64,000 nt of DNA from Monocercomonoides exilis PA203. Lineage: Eukaryota; Protista; Preaxostyla. Each line of letters starts with the position of its first letter. The first letter of the stretch is position 1. The position numbers and the translations under genes were made by a program. The stretch covers positions 1,426,001 to 1,490,000 of the forward strand of contig LSRY02000015.1 of assembly GCA_001643675.2 (NCBI GenBank), read 5' to 3'. The notes beneath the pieces were generated by a model. The model saw only the letters and a program-made list of their open reading frames with translations. It searched no databases and was not told the DNA's origin. This document shows, piece by piece, positions 10,985 to 21,849 of the stretch.

Positions 10985-13250
10985 AGAAACACTGTTCCAT
11001 CTGTTTCCATCACTCGAGAACGGCGAGATTTTGCGGCTGGTTGATCTTTCTGATCTGAATGTGGATGTTGTGTTTGTGGATCCATTGGAGCTGTTGAACG
11101 ACACGAAAGCCTATTTCAAACAGCTTCTTGTGGCCGGGGCAGCTCAGCAGTCGTCTCTTCGCTCAGCGCCTTCGTCTTCTTCAACTGGAGCAGCACGCCG
11201 ATCAACTTCGCCATTCCGGAGGCGGAGAAGCGAAGAGAAGAAAGTGAAAGGAGATGATAAGCCATCATCAGCAACTGCGATTGACCCTTCGGATGCCTCG
11301 GCGGTGGCGGCATCAAACTCGTCGGCTGGAGCTATGGATGACATCGAGAGGCGGCTGTGGATTGTGGTGACTGAGGTGACTGAGGTGTATGCGCAGCACA
11401 TGCAGCTGTCGCTGCGAGTGCTACAGCTGCTGTGGGGATGTGTTGTGACGGGGCGGGGGGTGCTGTTTGGGGGTGTTGTGTGTGCAGATGATGTGGGGCT
11501 TTCTGCGATGCTTTCGGTTCCGCAGGTGGAACAGCTTCCTTCGCTTGTAGAGCCTGTGAGCACGTAGTCGGGGAGCAAGCGGATCTTTGCAGCGGCAGAT
11601 GTGAATGCGTTACCGTCGATCTACGATCTGTTTGACCCGTCGCTGCTGACGTAGGCGATAGCGCGGCTGGTGTCGCGATCGCTGCAGTCAAGGCGTGTGG
11701 TAGTGAAGCTGGACGAGGAAGTGATGGGGTGAGGGGTTGCAGTGTGTGAAGTCGGGGAGATTGAAGAGAAGGGGTTGGATGCTGCGGGGCTGAGGATGGA
11801 GGATGTGGTTCTGTCTCCAGCAGCGATTGCGCTGTCTGTGCTAGAGGAGCGAGAAGAAGCAGAGGAAGGAGAAAGGAGAAGAAAAGATGGAGAAAAGAGG
11901 GAGAAGAAAAGGGAAAAGAAGATGGAGGGAGAGAGGGAGGTGATAGGAATGAGGAGAAAGGCGGGTATCCGACAGCGCACAGAGAGTTTGTGGAGAGAAT
12001 CAAAGAGAACCAGGGGAAGCTGGAGGAAGCGATGGCGCCGTTGATTGTGAAGGCGCTTGGGCTGAGTGGGCTGAGGTTTGTGAAGGCAGAGGTTGAGGTG
12101 GGCGCAGACAAGCAGCATTCAGTTGAACCAGAAGTGTGCAGTTCTTCTCCATCTGATGGCATCCAACAGGAGAACAGGAGAGCAAAAGAAGAAGAAGCAG
12201 CAGACGGGTCTTTGGGCATAACTTTCGATGAAAGTTCAGATGGAGCGGTGAAAGATGTTGAACAGATGCAAATGCCGATGAATGGTTTGACAACGAATGA
12301 GGAAAAAGACATATCCGATGAAGAAGTTGGGGAAGTTAGTTGTTTGCTTTTTTAAAAAAAGAATAAGAGGAGGAGGAGGAAATGAGAGGAGAGGTTGAGC
12401 GAAGGCAGAAGAGCTGAGAGCTCGTATTTGTTTAATCTGGTGGCTGGCTGATGATCTGTGTGCAGATCCGAAAGGGGAGCTCGTGGATAATAAAGCGGTG
12501 CATTGCAGATGGGCAGTCGGAGACGATGCTGGACGAGCTGAACATGCTGCATACAAGAAGCCAAGAAGTGGCGTGGGTGGACGGGCAGAGATACAGTGGA
12601 AGAATAACACCGAAGAGGCATTTGGCTCTGGAGTGTTTAAAGATCTTTGTTCCACATGGGATAAGGAATTGTACAAATATTGAGAAGGCAAAGAAAGAGA
12701 CTTGTGCATTAAGTTCTGTTAGCTTGTCGAAGGGAACGAGGAAAAGCAGAGAAGTGTAACTTTGATTACTGCATCTGAATAGGTCGGAAGGAGCTGATAT
12801 GTTATGCGAATACACATATCCCGTTTCATCTTCTGAAGCTGAGCTGTGCAATGGCAGTGTCTGTCGGGATTGCACAATGAGGATTGGGTGAAGGTGAAGT
12901 CAACAACGGAGGAGGGAATTGAGGTGTCTCAGCAGAGCAGAGAAAAAGCGGAAGCAGACAATGTGAAGAAGATTCTGACCAATTATGCATTGATAACATG
13001 AGTACATGCGTTTGGGAGTGTGTTTGATGGGGCACCTGATCCGGAGACGCTTCTGACGGGTTTGGAGGAGGGGAGACAAACAGAAGAATGACGAGTGAAG
13101 ACAGTCAGCTCATTCAATTTGTCAAGCAACAGATCGGACTTGGAAGAATTGATTGCTCAGAGAAAATGGCAAAATGCTGTGAAGATGGTGATCAATGCAA
13201 CTGCGAAACGTTATCGGCCATTTCATGAAGTCTGTGCATTTTGAGGGATT
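10985..13250 (+). pseudogene. GC-rich decayed host gene of unknown function inside the hAT element
   Basis: Coding-like, GC-elevated ORF fragments (11031..11567, 11742..12044, 11990..12355, 12451..12759) joined by frameshifts and stops. No recognisable domain. Confidence 0.5.
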
Positions 13251-13311
13251 ATTCCAATGAGTGTTCCGAAGGCGTGAAAATAAGCGGTTGAGAATGAACG
13301 TTATGACTCAT

Positions 13312-13386
13312 TTCTTCTTCTTCTTCTTCTTCTTCTTCTTCTTCTTCTTCTTCTTCTTCTTCTTCTTCTTCTTCTTCTTCTTCTTC
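13312..13386. repeat. (TTC)25 microsatellite
   Basis: Directly visible. Confidence 0.95.
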
Positions 13387-13389
13387 TCT

Positions 13390-14130
13390 TTCTTCTTTTT
13401 CTTCTTCTTTATCCTCAAAGCCATCCTTCTTTCTGTATCTTCACTCAAAGAGAAAGTTTGCACTTTGTCAGCTTCGGAACCGCTCAAACACAAAATAGAC
13501 AGGTCCTCCTTATATGTTCCTCTCATCTTCTCTTTTTCTTCTTCACAACCATCTCCAGGCGCTTTCCATATCTCTTTCCTTTTTTTCATTTACAAAGCCA
13601 TCTCATAATCTCTGTCCTCTCTCACTTGATCCTCTCAGATCATCAAACATTCATCTCCATCTTCAAAAATTTCACACATTTTCGTGGTCCTTCTGTGATT
13701 TCATCAACAGTTATTCTCAAATACTTGTCTGCCGCTTTTATACAACTGTCTTATGCACTTGAAATCTTTTGTTGAATTCCGTTAACCTACGAAACACATC
13801 ACAATTCAATTTCTGAAGTTTGCTGCAAGCTCGATGCTTTTGCCTCATCTGCTTCCTCTTTTACAAGCCTCAGCCCAGCCAGTCATGCACATCAACAACC
13901 ATTACAGCTTATCTTTTTGCAGTAATTCCATGTTCAGTTTGATTCTTTCCGCAAACTACCTGAATACTGTCGGATAGACTCCTTTTTCATCATTCTTCTT
14001 TCTTCTTTCTTTGCCTCTTCTCGCTCCTCCAACACCGTCAGTGCAATTGCTTCAGGAAACAGAGTCACATCCTTTTCCTCAACATTGCAACCAAAAACGC
14101 CTATATCACAATCTCCACCACTTCGCATGT
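13390..14130 (-). pseudogene. Inverted, decayed paralog of the adjacent cargo gene
   Basis: 13934..14128 (-) encodes DVTLFPEAIALTVLEEREEA...KESIRQYSGSLRKES, which aligns with DVVLSPAAIALSVLEEREEA...KAGIRQRTESLWRES in 11742..12044 (+). Confidence 0.6.
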
Positions 14131-14497
14131 TGCAGCATTTCGCATTTATTCTTCACAAAATGTTTTTCATTGCGCAATAGTTTTGTTTTCCAGCTTTAGA
14201 ACAGTATTCGATATAAAATGATATTTTATTATCTGCCTATCATAAACATAAATATAGAGCAATTGATATAATCGATTTTTTTTATCTCAACGTTTTTTTT
14301 CTCATAATCACATACTACTGAATTATTCTCATGTCAAATAAGATGTTCTAGTATTGCAGAAATAAAAGATGTTATTTTAGGAATTCTATTTTTGATTGTC
14401 ATGAAATGATATGTAAAATAACTCAATCATTTGAAAAAAGTGAAAAATAACAAACGATGGTTATTTGATTTCAAAACGAATGATTTGTAAATGTTAT

Positions 14498-16990
14498 TCA
14501 CAAGAGAAGCAACGAATTTAGCGAATCAAAGGAAAGCGAATGTCTATGATCACCGACGATTCGCTTTAATCTTGAAAAAAGTCGTTCACAGGCGGATTCG
14601 CTACAAGAAGATGTTGCAATGCAAAAACAAATGTTGGCAAATATCGTTTCCATTCCACCCTGTGATGCAATATGACTGTAATACACTGGTAGACTCTCGA
14701 GAAGATCAATTGAAGTTGCTGTAAGTATGTGAGTTTTAAATAACGACGCAAATTTTTCTTGCATTTCCTCGGTAAACTTCCCTAATGAATTATTGATAAA
14801 TTTATTGAATGATTTAAATATTCTGAAATACCAATTTGATGCAATTGAAATCTATAATGAATCGACAGCTTGATCCTCCTTCTCCTTTGAAATTTTGTGA
14901 ATGACTTGAAGTTTTTTATTTGTCCCTGCAAAAATCACATCATCTTCGTCTTCTTGGAAAACATCTTTGTTGAAGTCGCCAATTGCATGATTATCTGATT
15001 CTTCACTGAGTGTTTCTTGAGAAGAAATAAAAGAAGATCTTGTTTCAACAAGGGTTGAAGCTTCGTCATTTAATATTTCTTCATATTCGTCGTTTTCCTA
15101 TTGCTCCTCAGCATCGATGAGTCCAAGGTAATCTGTTGCATTTTCATTATCTGTGAAAATACCTTCTTCTTGTGCATGTGAAAAAGAAACCTCTTTTTTT
15201 TCAAATTGTGAAACAATTAACAAGAGATCTTCAATTTCTTTCTGGATATGCTTCGATGATGATGTCACGGAATCTTATTCTTCTTCAATCTGTTGGTAGT
15301 TTTAACTCAAATGCACGTGCTCAGTTGATGATTCGCTTCTCAAAATCATTGATAATGCCTTTTGAAATCTGCTCACAGATAAAGGAAAAGCTGTTGATCC
15401 TTTTTCTTTTGAAAAGCACCTTCCAATGGATGTTTCCTTTATCAGTGATGATGAGGGAACAGATGATGATGATGCTCGATTTAGAAAACAGTTGCAAGAA
15501 AAAAATATTTGAAATATAAAAAATATAGAGAAAAAGAAATAAACAATTGTTAGCATGTTTGAACTTTTGTGCAAACTGTCTTTTTTCTTGTCTTCTGGAT
15601 GAAAAAACTTACAACAAAAGTCATCACTGATAAGCTTATTTTTTCCTTCTGGTGTTAATGAATAAGCGAGAGCGATTTGATCTCCTCTTTCGCCTTCTAA
15701 AGTGTAGTTGAACAAATAAATTCAAACGTTAACAATTGCGTTATGCCAATGATCGGAACGAAATATGCTTAATTCAAGAAAGTTTTTGTAAAATGACATA
15801 GCCTCAAGAATTTTTGGATAAGCATTTCCCAGCTTGCTGTTGTCATCTCCAAAAAACAAATGCAACTGTTTTAGAGGGAATAACAAAATTTCTGCTTTTA
15901 TTACATCAATGATGCTCTGCTTATCCATCAGCTTCAATTCCAATATAATTTCTCTGTTTTTCCTTTTGAACAAGCAAATATCTGTCAAGCACAACCATCT
16001 CGTAAGTGTGAATGTTGGGCATTTTGCAGGAAACATCTGTTGCATTGATGAGCTCCTTGATATTTTTGAGAACTCAATAATAATATCCTTGATTGTTTTA
16101 AGAAATGGGACTTCTTGAAAAGAATGTGTGATTGTTAAGTTGATCAAATGATTTAAACAATAAATATGAAAATGTATGATATAAAAATTCAAAAAATCGA
16201 TTTCTCTATCAGAATCGTGTGGTAAATCTTGAAACGCTTTTTTTTGAGCTGCCAAGCCGTCACTACAAATGCTTCTGACTTCACCTCCGCATTTTGCAAT
16301 CTCCGAAATGCACATTTCAGCAAGATTTTTATAATCATCAGAAGAATGACATGCTGGTTGAAGGCTCCAAAATCCAGGAGTTGATTTTTCTGCATGAATT
16401 ACATATGAAATAATGGTGCACTTTTTATTTGCAATTATCCCTCCATCGATCATGAGAGAAACACATTTATCCTTTATCAATTTGGATCTTTCACGAATTG
16501 ATACAACCTTCTTTTCGCTGATAAGTCTTTTTATTTTCCACTTTGATAAATATGGAAATATTTCTGTAAGCTCAGCAGTTGGATTTATCTGGGCTATTTG
16601 AATCAAATGCTTAATAAATGTGTTGAATTCGGAAGATGCAGCGGACAAAAACGATATGTTACATCTGGAAACTAAATTTAAAAATAAATCCGTCAATGGT
16701 TCAATATCTCTAATTAGTTTAATACAGACGCAACTTGCAGATACTGTTGGTTGCGTGACATTTTGTTTTTATGTCATCCAAAAATCCAGCGTGGGAAACA
16801 ACAATGTGCATTTATGTTGTTTGACTGCAGCAGAAGTGTCTCTCCCTGAACATCCGCAGGCATATCCCTTCTTTTCGTTGAAGCTCAAAAACATTCTGTG
16901 TCCATCTGCTTTTGTTTTTAAATATGATTTCACTTTGTTATAGCAAATCCATAAGATACCATTGAAAATTTTAAAATGCAATTGGGACAT
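14498..16990 (-). pseudogene. hAT transposase pseudogene
   Basis: ORFs 16769..16990, 15722..16696 and 15302..15715 are in the same frame, separated by single stops. Motifs VSLMIDGG (first D), ICSDG (second D), HIYCLNHLINL (CxxH), TRW, and the C-terminal dimerisation domain SCSESACERLFSRLKRIVGDHRHSL (catalytic E) in 14498..14764. Confidence 0.88.
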
Positions 16991-17699
16991 AATTTCTTCC
17001 GGTCTGTTTGGATGTTTGAAGCCTGTGTTAATGAGACAATTTTATCGATATAAGAAATGATAAATCTTTATTATTTTTTACAAAAATGAAAAATTGAAAC
17101 ATTGAACGTCCTCATTTGTTGAGACTAATTCCAATCGAACAAAGCCACAATTCGCTTTATCCAACTCGTCCATTTTCTTTTCAAATGCATTTCTCTTGAG
17201 ATAATAATAAAAAAAAGATAATAACGTGAAGAATTCCATGATAACAATTTTTGCATACGATCAAAACATCTTTAAGAGATTTTTGAAGACCAAAAGGAAG
17301 TTCTTTTATTAGCAACGAACGATCATCAGCCATTGAAGTGAAAAAGATAGTTGATAAAAATTTTATAATCAATTATATTTCCGCAACTGACACATTGTGA
17401 CAAATATGATCAAAATTTGTCAAAAAATTCTTAACTCAGAAAATGTTTGTCTGTATATCATTAAACATTTCATTTTGTTTTTTTAATAGAAATGGAAATG
17501 TTTTTGAATATAATATGGGAAATGACACGTCAAATTGACTTGTCCGTCAATTTGTCACTGACCAAAAAAAAAACTTGTCAGGTCAGACAGGCTTAATTAA
17601 GATATCAATCTTGTAGGGTATTTTATGCGATATCTGTAAATTGGTTATTTTGAAATAAGTGAATTAATACAAAATAACCCATATATAACTTAAAATAAT

Positions 17700-20590
17700 T
17701 AAGCCTGGGTGACGTGAAGAAAAAATTTTGTCACGTCCGTCACCAATTTTCCACAAAATAAAAAAAAAAATTAAAATAAAAAATTAAAAAATTAAAAAAT
17801 CCTATTTTGAACAAAAAAACCTTTATCATAATATAAAAGTTTTTTCAATTTGTTCAAATTATTATTTTCAAAAAAAAAAACAAAGATGGATTCCCATTAC
17901 AAAATGATAGACTTATTTAATACAAGAATTATCTTTGAAATGACTTGTTTACTGAACCAATTCGAAAAATCATGGTATGAACACATAGAAGTTATCATAC
18001 ATTAAAATTTAATATGAAATTTATTCTTCTTTTTCAATTTGTTTTCGTTTTGTCAGAAACGTTAAAGTGTGGTTCATTCCTGCTGCAATTTTAGAAAAAA
18101 ATGAAGTAGAAGGATATACAATCTCGTTTTAGGGTTTGCATTTAATATATACATAGATTTTTTGATGTTTGTGATTTTTTTCTTATTAGTTTTATTCAGA
18201 ATTGTTTTCTGAGCTTTAAAGATGCAATGTTGATGCACAGAAACAGATAATCGAAGAAATGAATGAAACAAATAATGCAATGACTTTGAAAGAATTCATA
18301 TTTGTTTTCGCAAAAGAATTATTCATTCACATGGGAGAAATTTTTGAAGAAAAGAAAATTTCAATGGAAAATACAAATGAGTAATACAAGCAAATAGGAT
18401 GTTTCGTCTCATTGAAAAATACACGGAGCCTTTTGCTTGATGAATCTTCGTTGAACATAAGATTTTGGAAGATGATCATTGATGAAAATGTGAAAAATGA
18501 AGGAAAGGATGAAAGGCTAATTGCTGATCTTACTGAATGTATCTTTTTATTTGGAGGCTCATCATCATTGAAATTGAATTCTATTTGCGTGCCTTGTTCG
18601 CTGAAAGTCGCGTTGAAGAAAGAGGAAAGCGAGGAAACTCGAAATGAAGTGGAAATGGCTTTACTGGCTTTGAGAAACATAAACCAGTTTACAGTGTGGA
18701 ATTGTTTCTTCTTTGTTTATTTGCTATCATTTTTTAATTTTTGAACAACTTATAGAAGAAGAACTGTATATGAGAGAGAGTTTAAAGAAAATATCTGAAA
18801 TCATCAGGAAAAACGAAATCTGAAGCAATAGACAGATCAATAATCTTGGGAATTTTAAGATAAATCGATATGACAACTGTGAATATTCAGGAGAAGTGTT
18901 AGAAAAGGAGCTGCATTTTATGAGAGAAGCTGCAAGAGAGTTAGAAGATCTGTCAAAGTGCGTGGATTGGAAGAAAAAAGATGAAGAGGAAAAAACAAAT
19001 GAAGCGAGATCGATAAAGAGATAGATGAATCACAATGTGTTTGCTGTTTCAATTTCAATATGAGGGTGAAAGAAGAGCCAGTTATGTTATTGGAGTTCTT
19101 TTCAAGGCTTTACAGGGAAAAGGAAAATCACAAATATTTAATTCGCAAGTTGTGCATTTCTCTTTTGGTTTTCCTGTCTTTGAAAAGATAACATCAGTTT
19201 CTATTGTTCTGAAAGTGGAAATGTTTGCATTGCTTTGGAGAAGCTGCGTCAGCCAACGTTGGACCATGACATTCTTGAGTGCTGCGTCGATATATCTTTT
19301 TCACTTTCAGAAAGATTGAACATGGAAACAGATGAAGAATTATCCAAAACAGAATAGAAGAAGATCAAAATAGAAATATTAAAAAAGAAGGAAAAAAAGG
19401 ATAAGAAAATATCATCGAAAACTTTATTTAAGATTATTTGCTGAAATTTTTTTCGTTGTACAATGTTGGATATTTGTAATTATTATGTGTTTATCATCAA
19501 TTAAGCTTAGAATTATGTATCTTAAAAATTTTATTTTTTCAAATTTCAATTTCACAAAATCAAAAACTAATTTTTATTCGTATATGAAAAAAGTTGTGGA
19601 TGTGAATTTCATCATGTTTTATATTTATTATGCAATTCTTTCAAAAATTGAAACATTCAAATAATTTTATTGTTTCTTTTCTTCAACAAAATAATTTCAA
19701 ACAGAAAGACAGCGTAATGGTTATGTTTTAAAGACTGCGCGCTCCAACTGATTCATCCACTCTTTCAGCCTCTTTTCTGTGCTTTTGAGTAATTTTTGAA
19801 ATTTTTTGCATTTCAATGATCTGAAAATCAGGTTTTCAAAAGCATTCTTTTGTTATAAATAAATTATTCCTTTTTATTCAGGTTGAGTGTTCATAATAGT
19901 ATCACTTGTTATTAAGCGAAAATATTTCTCCTTCATTTGAACTTTTGCAAAGCAAGAAACAATCATTTAAAGACAATGCATTTCAAACAACAATTGAATT
20001 GACATCCTTAATTTCTGCAATAACTTCAATAATTATTTCAACTTATTATTCATTCGACACAAAAAGGCAATTCAGCTGTTGAAGTTATGTTAGAAAATAT
20101 GCAAAAAAACAAATTTTAAAAAAAAAATAACAAATTTATAACCTGAACAACAAATCATAGGCACTGTTGTGCAATTGCGTTGGGCAAATTATGAATAGCA
20201 TTATTGTTCTTTTTCTTTGCACGAATGTATTGCACTTTAAAAAAAATGAGAATTGAACAAAACCATAGAAAAATTATGGTAATAAAGCTTTGAAACGAAA
20301 TCAGTCATAATTCTTTAACCTAACTGACCACTTGGTTTTTTGCATCTTTTTAAAGCGTAAACACACTTCTGACTCGGTGTTACGTCAGAGACAGGTGACG
20401 TTAGTGACGAACAAAAAATCCGATTTCCGCTTTTGCGACAGTTAAAATTAAATAATGGAAATTTTAATTTTAATTTTTTTTTTTTATTTTTTATTTTTTA
20501 TTTTTTATTTTTTTGTGAAGTGAAAAAATCTGTCAAGTCCGTCAAAAATCGAAAAGGTCACGTCAGAAGTCACCACGTCACCCAGGGTTA
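17700..20590. mobile_element. Non-autonomous hAT-type element (2.9 kb) with captured gene
   Basis: TIRs TAAGCCTGGGTGACGTG (17700) and, as reverse complement, TAACCCTGGGTGACGTG (ending 20590), 16/17 identical. Perfect 8-bp TSD AAAATAAT (17692-17699 and 20591-20598). Subterminal GTCCGTCA/TGAC motifs. No transposase inside. Confidence 0.9.
18190..19420 (+). pseudogene. Decayed member of an expanded lineage-specific helical-protein family (KVALxKEESEE..EVEMALLAL type)
   Basis: 18412..18744 encodes KMIIDEN...LIADLTECIF...ICVPCSLKVALKKEESEETRNEVEMALLALRNI. Downstream fragments ELHFMREAARELEDLSKCVDWKKKDEEEK are broken by stops and frameshifts. Family recognised from memory of Monocercomonoides-type hypothetical proteins, not from a search. 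Confidence 0.65.
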
Positions 20591-21039
20591 AAAATAATAC
20601 TTTATCTTGAAATTTTTTTTTATTTCACAATTCATCTTATAAAAAGATCAAAAATTGAAAAAATAAAATCTATTGTGGTATTTTCTGATCAAAGAGTTAA
20701 ATTAATTTTTCATAACTGTAAAGCTTTAATTTCAATTATTTATATTTGTTTTATTTTTATATGCAAAAAATCATACCTTTTTAATGTTATTGATGAAAAA
20801 AGATTTTTCGATCAAGTTTATTAAAAATAAACTTTAAACAAATAAATCAAACTTCAAATCGAAAATTGTCAATTCATAATTGGAAAAACAAAACATTGTG
20901 AAGAGAAAGTTTATTAAATAGATCAGAAAAAATAAAAGAAAACAAAACTGTTGAAGATAATTTCACAATAATACTTAAGTTTCTTTTTTTCTTTCCACTA
21001 CATTTGAAAAGCCAACAAATCTCCATTTCTTTTATTCGA

Positions 21040-21340
21040 TTCATCGGATTCATCAAACGTTAAACGAAATCGTGGAACAGCTGATAATACCGTGTATAAT
21101 GGCTGGCTCCCTCTCGTTGCCCAGAACAAAATCGTTGCCAGCAATGGAACCAATACAGATGCCTGTGGCAGACCCCAACAGACCCCATGTGCCACCATCG
21201 AGTATGCCCTCACCCGCTTCATTTCCCTCCTTCAAGACGTCTTCTCTCACCCTCCTTTCCTCAACATTTGTTTCTCTTCAAACACTCACCTTCAGCGCTG
21301 TTGACACAAAAATCACTGGAAATGATAAGCTTTATCTGAT
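21040..21340 (+). pseudogene. Fragment of a CGxxxPC beta-helix surface-protein gene
   Basis: YNGWLPLVAQNKIVASNGTNTDACGRPQQTPCATIEYAL, then a frameshift into LLSSTFVSLQTLTFSAVDTKITGN. This is the same WL...V...D.CG....PC.TI module junction as in the giant receptors. Confidence 0.55.
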
Positions 21341-21849
21341 TCTCATATAAATTCTTCCATTTTCCAATTTTCACCATTTTCCATATCATTGAAAAATTCT
21401 TGAGCTTTCATCTTCTTTTCATCAGAAGTTTATTTTTTTTCAAAATCCTTTATATCATCTCAGAAATTAATATTTCTTTTTCATTTCTTCTAATTTCTCC
21501 TTTTCATCAAATGCAAATAAAGCTCGTTGCTAAATGAATCTTCCCTTTTCCTTTCTTCGATTATATCATATAGTTCTTCACAAACTTTTATTTCTTCAGC
21601 TTTCCGATTTCAATTTACTTGTATCCAATTAGCGCTTGAATCTCAAATAATTTCTCTTCAAATATGTCTTTTCCTCTCAATTCCTTTTCTTCCTCATTTC
21701 ATTTGCAACAGTTCGCTGTTGCTTCGTACCTGCGAAATCTGTCGGAGGCTATTTAGGAACCCATCCATTTCATAAAACAATAGCTTCAACGTTCTTTCTG
21801 TTTTCATTGCAAATGCTTCAGCTTCCAAATGAAAAAGAAAGATTCTATC

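Larger units (their letters stand above)
9814..17595 (-). mobile_element. Degenerate hAT-family DNA transposon (~7.8 kb) with transposase remnant and ~3.5 kb cargo
   Basis: Left end TAGCCTGTCTTACCTGACAA; right end as reverse complement TAAGCCTGTCTGACCTGACAA. Subterminal GTCCGTCA near both ends (~9849, ~17542). Possible degraded 8-bp TSD ATTATTAT / ATTAAGAT (6/8). hAT transposase remnant in the right half. Confidence 0.7.

Noticed and set aside
8574-16990. Stop-codon reassignment, suggested by single in-frame TGA/TAA/TAG stops joining transposase ORFs
   Set aside because: Intact genes here end in TAA (RPB7, USP40), TAG (A) and TGA (B) and have multi-kb stop-free frames. The elements also carry frameshifts, so these are ordinary nonsense mutations.
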